Shown here one piece after another: positions 57,050-64,000 of a DNA stretch of 64,000 nt (position 1 is its first letter; the number at the start of each line of letters is the position of its first letter). A program made the position numbers and the translations under genes. The stretch covers positions 62,001 through 126,000 of the forward strand of contig JAUCBJ010002429.1 of the NCBI GenBank assembly GCA_032718475.1, in the 5' to 3' direction. The notes beneath the pieces were generated by a model. The model was not told the DNA's origin. It saw only the letters and a program-made list of their open reading frames with translations, and searched no databases. This DNA comes from Nemertoderma westbladi (taxonomy: Eukaryota; Animalia; Xenacoelomorpha).

Positions 57050-58910
57050 ACAAAGACCTGGAGAGGGGCCACCGATCCAACAACGATCCGGAGGGGGATG
57101 CCGAGCCGACAACGACCCGGAGAGGGGCCGCCGAGCTGACGACGATCCGGAGAGGGGCCGCCGAGCCAACGACGATCCGGAGTGGGGATGCCGAGCCGAC
57201 TACGATCCGGAGTGGGGATGTTGAGCTGACAACGATCCGGAGTGAGGATGCCGAGGCGACGACGATCCGGAGTGGGGAGGCTGAGCCAACAACGACCCGG
57301 AGATGGGCACTGAGCCAACGACGATCCGGAGTGGGGATGCCAAGCCGACAACGATCTGGAGTGGGGATGCCAAGCCGACGACGATCCGGAGAGGGGCCGC
57401 CGAGCCGACGATGATAGATGCAGAGCCGACGACGATCCGGAGTGGGGATGCCAAGCCAAAAAACGATCCAGAGAGGGGCCGCCGAGCCGGCGACGACCCA
57501 GAGAGGGTCCGCCGAGCCGGCGACGACCCAGAGAGGGGCCGCCGAGCCGATGACGATCCGGAGCGGGGATGCCGAACCGACAACAACCCGGAGAGGGGCC
57601 GCAGAGCCGACGACTATCCAGAGTTGGGATGGCGAGCTGACGACGATCTGGAGTGGGGAAGCCGAGCCGACGACGATCCGGAGAGGGGCTGCTGAGCCGA
57701 CGACGATCCGGAGTGGGGAGGCCGAGCCGACAATGACCCAGAGAGGGGCCACTGAGCCAACGACGATCCAGAGGGGGATGCCAAGCCGACATCAACCCGG
57801 AGAGGGGCTGCCGAGCTGACGATGATCAGGAGAGGGGCTGCCAAGCCGACGACGATCCAGAGTGGGGATGCCGAGCTGACAACGACCCAGAGTGGGGATG
57901 CCGAGCCGACTACAACCCGGAGAGGGGCCGCCAAGCCGACGATGACCCAGAGAGGGGCTGTCGAGCCAATGACGATCCGTAGTGGGGATGCCAAGCCGAC
58001 AATGATCTGGAGTGGGGATACCGAGCCGACGACGATCCGGAGAGGGGCCGCCAGGCCGACGACGATCTGGAGTGGGGATGCCGAGCCGACGACGATCCGG
58101 AGTGGGGATGCTGAGCTTACAACGATCTGGAGTGAGGATGCCGAGCCGATGATGATCCAGAGTGGGGATGCCACGCCGGCGACGATCCAGAGTGGGGATG
58201 CCGAGCCGACGACGACCCAGAGAGGGGCCACCGAGCCGACAACGATCCGGAGTCGGGATACTGAGCCGACGACGATCCGGAGTGGGGATGCCGAGCTGAC
58301 AACGACCTGGAGAGGGGCCGTTGAGCGACGACGATCCGGAGCAGAGATGCAGAGCCGACAACGATCCGGAGTGGGGATGCAGAGCCGACAACGATCCGGA
58401 GAGGGGCCGCCGAGCCGACAACGACCCAGAGAGGGGTCGCTGAGCCGACGACAATCCGGAGTGGGGATGCCAAGCTGATGGCGATCTGGAGAGGGGCTGC
58501 CGAGCTAACGACGACCTGGAGAGGGGCCGTCGAGCCAACGACGATCCGGAGTGGGGATGCCGAGCCGACGATGATCTGGGATGGGGATGCCGAGCTGACG
58601 ACGATGCGGAGAGGGGCTGCCAAGTTGACAACGATCCAGAGAGGGGCCGCCGAGCCGACGACGACCCGGAGAGGGGCTGCAGAGCCGACGACGATCCAGA
58701 GTGGGGATGGCGAGCTGACGACGATCCGGAGTGGGGATGCCGAGCCGACAATGACCCGGAGAGGGGCCGCCGAGCCGATAACGATCCGGAGTGGGGATGC
58801 TGAGCCGACGACGATCCAGAGTGGGGATGCCAACCCAACGACGATCCGGAGTGCGGATGCCGGCCGACGACGATCCGGAGAGGGGCCACCGAGCCGACGA
58901 TGATCCGGAG
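57050..58910. repeat. GC-rich 30-bp minisatellite, ~60 copies, two unit variants
   Basis: GAGCCGACGACGATCCGGAG followed by TGGGGATGCC or AGGGGCCGCC. Confidence 0.95.
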
Positions 58911-60021
58911 TATCAACTCGATACAGACCACCACTATGCAGACCCTGGACTGGGTAGGCCTGGGTATCCATACAGCCTATGACCCAGTCCGGGGAAGCTC
59001 AGAGATTAGAAAAATCACAGACTTCTTTCATAAAGAAATATTAACACCAAGCCCGGATATTGAATTAATCAATTTATCTGGTAGTCTGCCAAATAAACAT
59101 TCAAATATCATAACAAACACTAGACTAATTAGTGAATCTTTAATCCCAAATATTAACTTAGGTGCAATTGCAACTTCCCCTAATGTTTGAAATATGCCAA
59201 CCATAGAGGATCTCGAAAGATGATGGGTCTTGGAACATTAGAGGAAAAGTTATATCGGATCTAAAACCCAAACACCATACATCCATACCACATCCACCTG
59301 TGTATGAAGTAGAAGACATATTATCTCCTGCCAAGAAGCATACATCGCATAACATATCTCCCAACAAACTTGCTAAAGATTATCTGTCTTCAGATAGAGT
59401 GACAAGCAGTGGTGATGTTATTCAATTTCCCTCTGACACTGAAATTAACTATGTTTCACTTGATGTGGGGAAATGTCTTGAATCATCAGCTATAGAAGAT
59501 AGTTTCTTTAGGTGAGTCCAAAGATCTTCCAAGTCTCACGTAGGAGCTATCGACTCAGCCCTCCCAGTTAAACTCTCTAAACCTTACAGCATAGACACTG
59601 CTGTCAAATTTATAGCAAACTGTTATTTGAACACAGATACTACCTAATCATCCCGGAATGCTCTAACAACCACTGGGTATTATATGTCGCCAATATTAAG
59701 GACAGGGAGGTGTTATATTGGTAATTTTACAACAATAATAATAATAGGCTCGCGATATCACAACAACATATAATGATCAGTAATCATGTAATCAGCTACA
59801 ACGGTACTCTGTACTGTCTGCAAACAGCAGTACAGCATGCACGGCACATGCACATATATATATATCTAGGCCATGGCCTACTACACACTGTTGTAGGGCA
59901 TGATCTAGGCCTAAGTACAACACTGTAGTACAGTCCGGGATACAGTCAGTCCTGAGTTGTAGTTTTTTATATGAGTAATATGTCGTTAGGTCCTATATGA
60001 GTTATGCTCCTAACACAGGAG

Positions 60022-61103
60022 GTTTTTGCTGCACGGGCTAACTGCATATCGAAATCTTATATTTTTATCAGATAATCATTCAATTCCTGTGCGTATAACA
60101 TTTATGCCTATGGGGCCGTGCAAGTATGACGTCTGCACTTTTCCCCAAAATGTTGACCCCCTCCCTCCCCTAAAACAGATGTCATCAGATAGGCGTTGAC
60201 CCCCCCCCCCCCCCCTCCCCTAAATCAGATTAAAAATAATTTTTGCGTCCTAATCACTGAAACATGGTGACTGGTAACTGAAACAGAAGGTCCTGCTACG
60301 GGCCTTCGGGGGCTTCGAACAATTAAAATAGGCAAGCTATTTACTCTTCTGCTATATCTCTACTAGCACCTATAAATGAACATTGGCTTACCCCCTCCCC
60401 TCCCCTCATCAGCACGTCATCAGATTTGCCAACCCCCCCCCCCCCCCCCCCCCCTAAAGTGCTGACGTCATACTTGGACGGCCCCTAACTCGTGTTGTAT
60501 AACACCATGAACCTTGTTTATATGTTGCCTAGCAGCAGTTGTGGTAGTGCGGAACTCTCATTGGTAACTACCGGTGCAGGTATTCTTGCGTCCTATTGGC
60601 TGTTCTATTTTTGCAGTATTTACTTGTTTATATAGTCAATGTTCATCCCATTATTTCCAGGCGTAACCTAACATCATATTAGCCTGTTGCGAGTCATTGT
60701 AACTACCGGACTCGTAATATTTCACCTTGCTGTGTGCATAGTAACTTGCTGCATGCATTTTAACATCTTGTTGTATTGCATTATTATTAATTACTATTAT
60801 TGCATTGCTGTTGTTGATGAATATACGAGACCAGAGATCAAACCAACTCGATTTCTACACGGTTAGTGCTGACTGCGCCCTGTTTGTAATAGATTCGGTT
60901 CATTTTAGTGCGAGTGTGTGCGTCCATAGTACTGCAATATTATTCCCCAACTAGTAAATATCATCTACTAATATTATGCATGCAGCACGCGTGAACTGTG
61001 CGCTTACCCCGCACTGAGTCAAACATAGTGTCCTACCGATAATATATGTAAGTCACACGTACATTTACTCGCCAACAACACAATAAAACGGAACGGTTTA
61101 CAC
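60022..61103 (+). repeat. Dispersed repeat, possibly an LTR (copy 2), interrupted by a MITE
   Basis: Homologous to 55378-56248. Confidence 0.6.
60112..60485. mobile_element. MITE, PIF/Harbinger-like
   Basis: TIRs GGGGCCGTGCAAGTATGACGTC / GACGTCATACTTGGACGGCCCC flanked by TAT/TAA; absent from copy 1 of the host repeat. Confidence 0.8.
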
Positions 61104-61119
61104 GTGACTATCATGTAAC

Positions 61120-64000
61120 TATCTGTGAGAAGCTGAACTTTGCCTGGTCAGAACAACCTAACTGACTGCGGCGCTTATCTCAGTCTCTATGCAATGGCAA
61201 CTGCGCTAGATAAAAATTATTCTACAAGTTCATGATAATACAATGAAGCTGCGACATTGGCTAAGAGAGTGTATCGACAACATAAAGATAATCTTCATGG
61301 AATATGATCCATTTCCTACTAAGGAACCATGCAAATCACACTACAGCCAGGCTTCACCGAGTCAGAGTCCTAGCTTACATGTGTTAGAATTAATGTCTAC
61401 TCTTTTATTGGACTCAAGGAAAACTACAATAAAACAATTGAACTCACATTCGGTTACAAAGATGTTGGAAATTAGAGACCACCTATTCGAGGAAGTCAAA
61501 AAGTTTATGGCCCCGACACAAAGACTCACTCGCTCCGGTAACGGGGATCATCAAATGAAGTCTCAACTGATATTTATGAACTACTCCGCTCTATACAGGT
61601 TGGAGACCTTACAGAAGCTGCACGAAAACGACTCAAAAAGAGAGAACCTGCTGAAGCTACTCCTTATAAAATTTCATTAGAACAGCTACAATCGGATGTC
61701 ATATCCTCAGTCGCTGCACTCCAAGCACGTATTTGCAGTCTGGAGAATGGTCAAGACTTGTTGAAGAAAGAAAATATGAGGATAAAGGATGACTTGAACC
61801 AGGAGCGGTGCGCTCAAATTCTGGCAGAGGCAAATGCAAACAACGTGGGGAAAAATTTAAAAGAGCTTGAAGAGCTGGTCGAAAAATTTCCAATAATGTA
61901 CCCTGAGTCCTTTAGACGACGAGTTTTACATCATAGATTCGGTGGATAATACTACTCTAACTCAACCGATGACTAAAACATCAAACTCCATGGATCCCAA
62001 CAACTCAAACAAGGAATTAGTGCCTAACACTAACAATTATTCTCAACTAAGACCTCATTGGGGACACGTACTCCATGATTGTGGTAACAGTCACATGTGG
62101 AAACAACATGGAAAACACAAGGAAACAACAACACACTATCTTTTTTCTGTATTGGTGGATGAGGAAGAGGTAAATAATGAGCAGTATGCAAACAGTGGGC
62201 AGAACATTAATCCCAACCACCAAATAGGTAAAAAGTTTGAAACAAGAAAGAATGAAAGGCATGATGGTGCTTCTAATAATAGTCTATATCAAGGCCCTAC
62301 CAACCAAATAACCAGACCCACTCACCAACCCTACATCCATCTAGGAACTGGCATTATAAGAGGGCCCCTAGAAGACCTGATAACAGAGACAATTTCGAAC
62401 ATTATACTCCCCTGGAATTAAAGTCTCAGGTCAAAGAGCAAATCGCTGATATTCAAGCTAATAAGTCTGTACCTCTGGAAATGATATCTCAGGTAATCGA
62501 CCCAGCTGTAGTCTACATCTATGAAGAATTCAAACCTCATCATAGCGAAGAGGAACTACTGTCTTATCTGGCCAAACATAACATATGTGTTCATAAGATA
62601 ACTACAAGTATAAACCATTGTGGTCAGCTCATAAGACGTCTAACTGTTGACAAATTAGATAAAATGTATATTCTTACAGCTAACCTCTGGCCAGAGGGAG
62701 TGAGCTGTTAGGAGAGATCTTTTACAATCCCAACTCGAACTCGCAATCACAATCACTATAGATCAATACCGTATCTACCTAGGCCTAACAACAGTAATTC
62801 ATACCCATTAACGTCAATCTCGCAGCAGCGGGTTTGACAATAAGATTGATACTGAGCAGTTGGGACACAGTGGCAGAAGGAGAACAGATGATGTGGGAGA
62901 TAAAGGATCTTTTCTCAAAATTGCTACTTTTAACTGCCACGGTTTCAACTCTAATATGGATTTTATAAATTATTTACTATCAGACCTTGATATCTTAGCT
63001 ATTCAGGAAACATGGTTGGATGACATGGAATCCCGTTTTCGTCTTAGTAAACTAAGCAGTGATTTTACTTGTATTTATGCCATCAGTAGTTTAAGGCAGA
63101 ATCCTTCTATGAAACGTAGAGCAGGTGGGGTTGCACTCTGGTTTAAAACTAATAAATTTCATGGTGTCGCAAATATCGAATCCGGCGACGATATAGTTGG
63201 AATTAAAGCAAATATTTCAGGATATTCAACTCCTTTTCTTTTTCTATCCTGCTACACCCCGGATGCTAGTAAACATAGTAACTGCTACGATATGTTTTAG
63301 GAAGGTTGGAGTCGCTGCTGTTGATGTATCAAGACTGTATTCCCATTATCATGGCTTATACCAATGCAGATGTAGGGCCTCTACAAGGCCCAAGGTACCA
63401 TCGCCCTGTCCCACCTCCTAGAGGCTCTAGGATTAAAAACTTCCTAAAAGAAGTGGGTCTCAGAGTGGCAGATGTCCAGAAGAACTTCACTGGGCCAATA
63501 ACAACGTTTATAGGACACAGGCAATCTTACATCGACCACATATACTGACCTCAACTTTTGGATTGTCAGTAATAAGTCGTGGGTGTGTGTTGGCAGACAG
63601 TGGAGGCCCTCTTAACATGTCGGATCACAGACCAATTCTTGCCAGATTATTATTGCCCGTTACAACCTCCACTACTAGAGGAGACAATCCTTAGCACGTC
63701 ATTCCTAGAGACAAGAACTCCCCAAAGAAGGTTCCGCCTTTCCGGTGTACGGACAGACTGACATGTTTCAATTGGCAGCAGGCGTCTGCAAATCAACTCG
63801 GCGACTATGGAAAGCTCATAACCGCAAGCTCTCTACACTCTTAGCCTCTATCACAACTAATAGTACAGAGTGGACAATGGAACAGCTTGATCTTGTAACA
63901 ACCCAACTCCAAGATATAATCTTTTCTGCAGCAATGGATACAATCCCTACAGTGAAGCACTCCAAACATTCGAAAAATATAAGAATCCGATCAGCTGCAC
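61120..64000 (+). mobile_element. 5' part of a decayed LINE (ORF1 + APE endonuclease); continues off the window
   Basis: ORF1 pieces ending in an RRM-like segment (HSEEELLSYL...NLWPEGVSC). APE: IATFNCHG, LAIQETWL, AGGVALW, SYIDHI, SDHRPI. 5' boundary approximate. Confidence 0.85.

Noticed and set aside
57022-58971. Minus-strand ORFs of 130-380 aa in the minisatellite
   Set aside because: They arise from a stop-poor 30-bp unit that is open in most frames.

Overview
Repeat-dense eukaryotic DNA, probably from an invertebrate animal, and almost entirely transposon-derived. The centre is a nested pair of young BEL/Pao LTR retrotransposons. Element A (+, ~13329-45728, ~1.15 kb LTRs) carries element B (-, 16045-29723, 538-bp LTRs, ATTTG TSD) in its 5' leader. 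The two differ greatly in sequence but share two unusual traits. (1) Each has an extra ORF between pol and the 3' LTR encoding a mutually homologous WRN/EXD2/RNase D-like (DEDDy-fold) 3'-5' exonuclease, with Y-x3-E at ExoIII; in A it is fused to CCHC knuckles and preceded by a structured RNA leader. (2) Neither has a tRNA-type primer-binding site; the bases after the 5' LTR are instead complementary to a 9-10 nt segment inside their own LTR, as in Tf1-type self-priming. A decayed relative of A is scattered at ~11.2 kb and ~53-55 kb. The rest comprises decayed LINEs (RTE-X-like, RTE, CR1, CRE), a Gypsy RT fragment, an Academ-like XPG remnant, Kolobok- and Harbinger-like MITEs, a tRNA-derived SINE, satellites, and one intronless type II membrane fibrinogen-domain gene. 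All assignments come from motif recognition by eye; no database searches were run.
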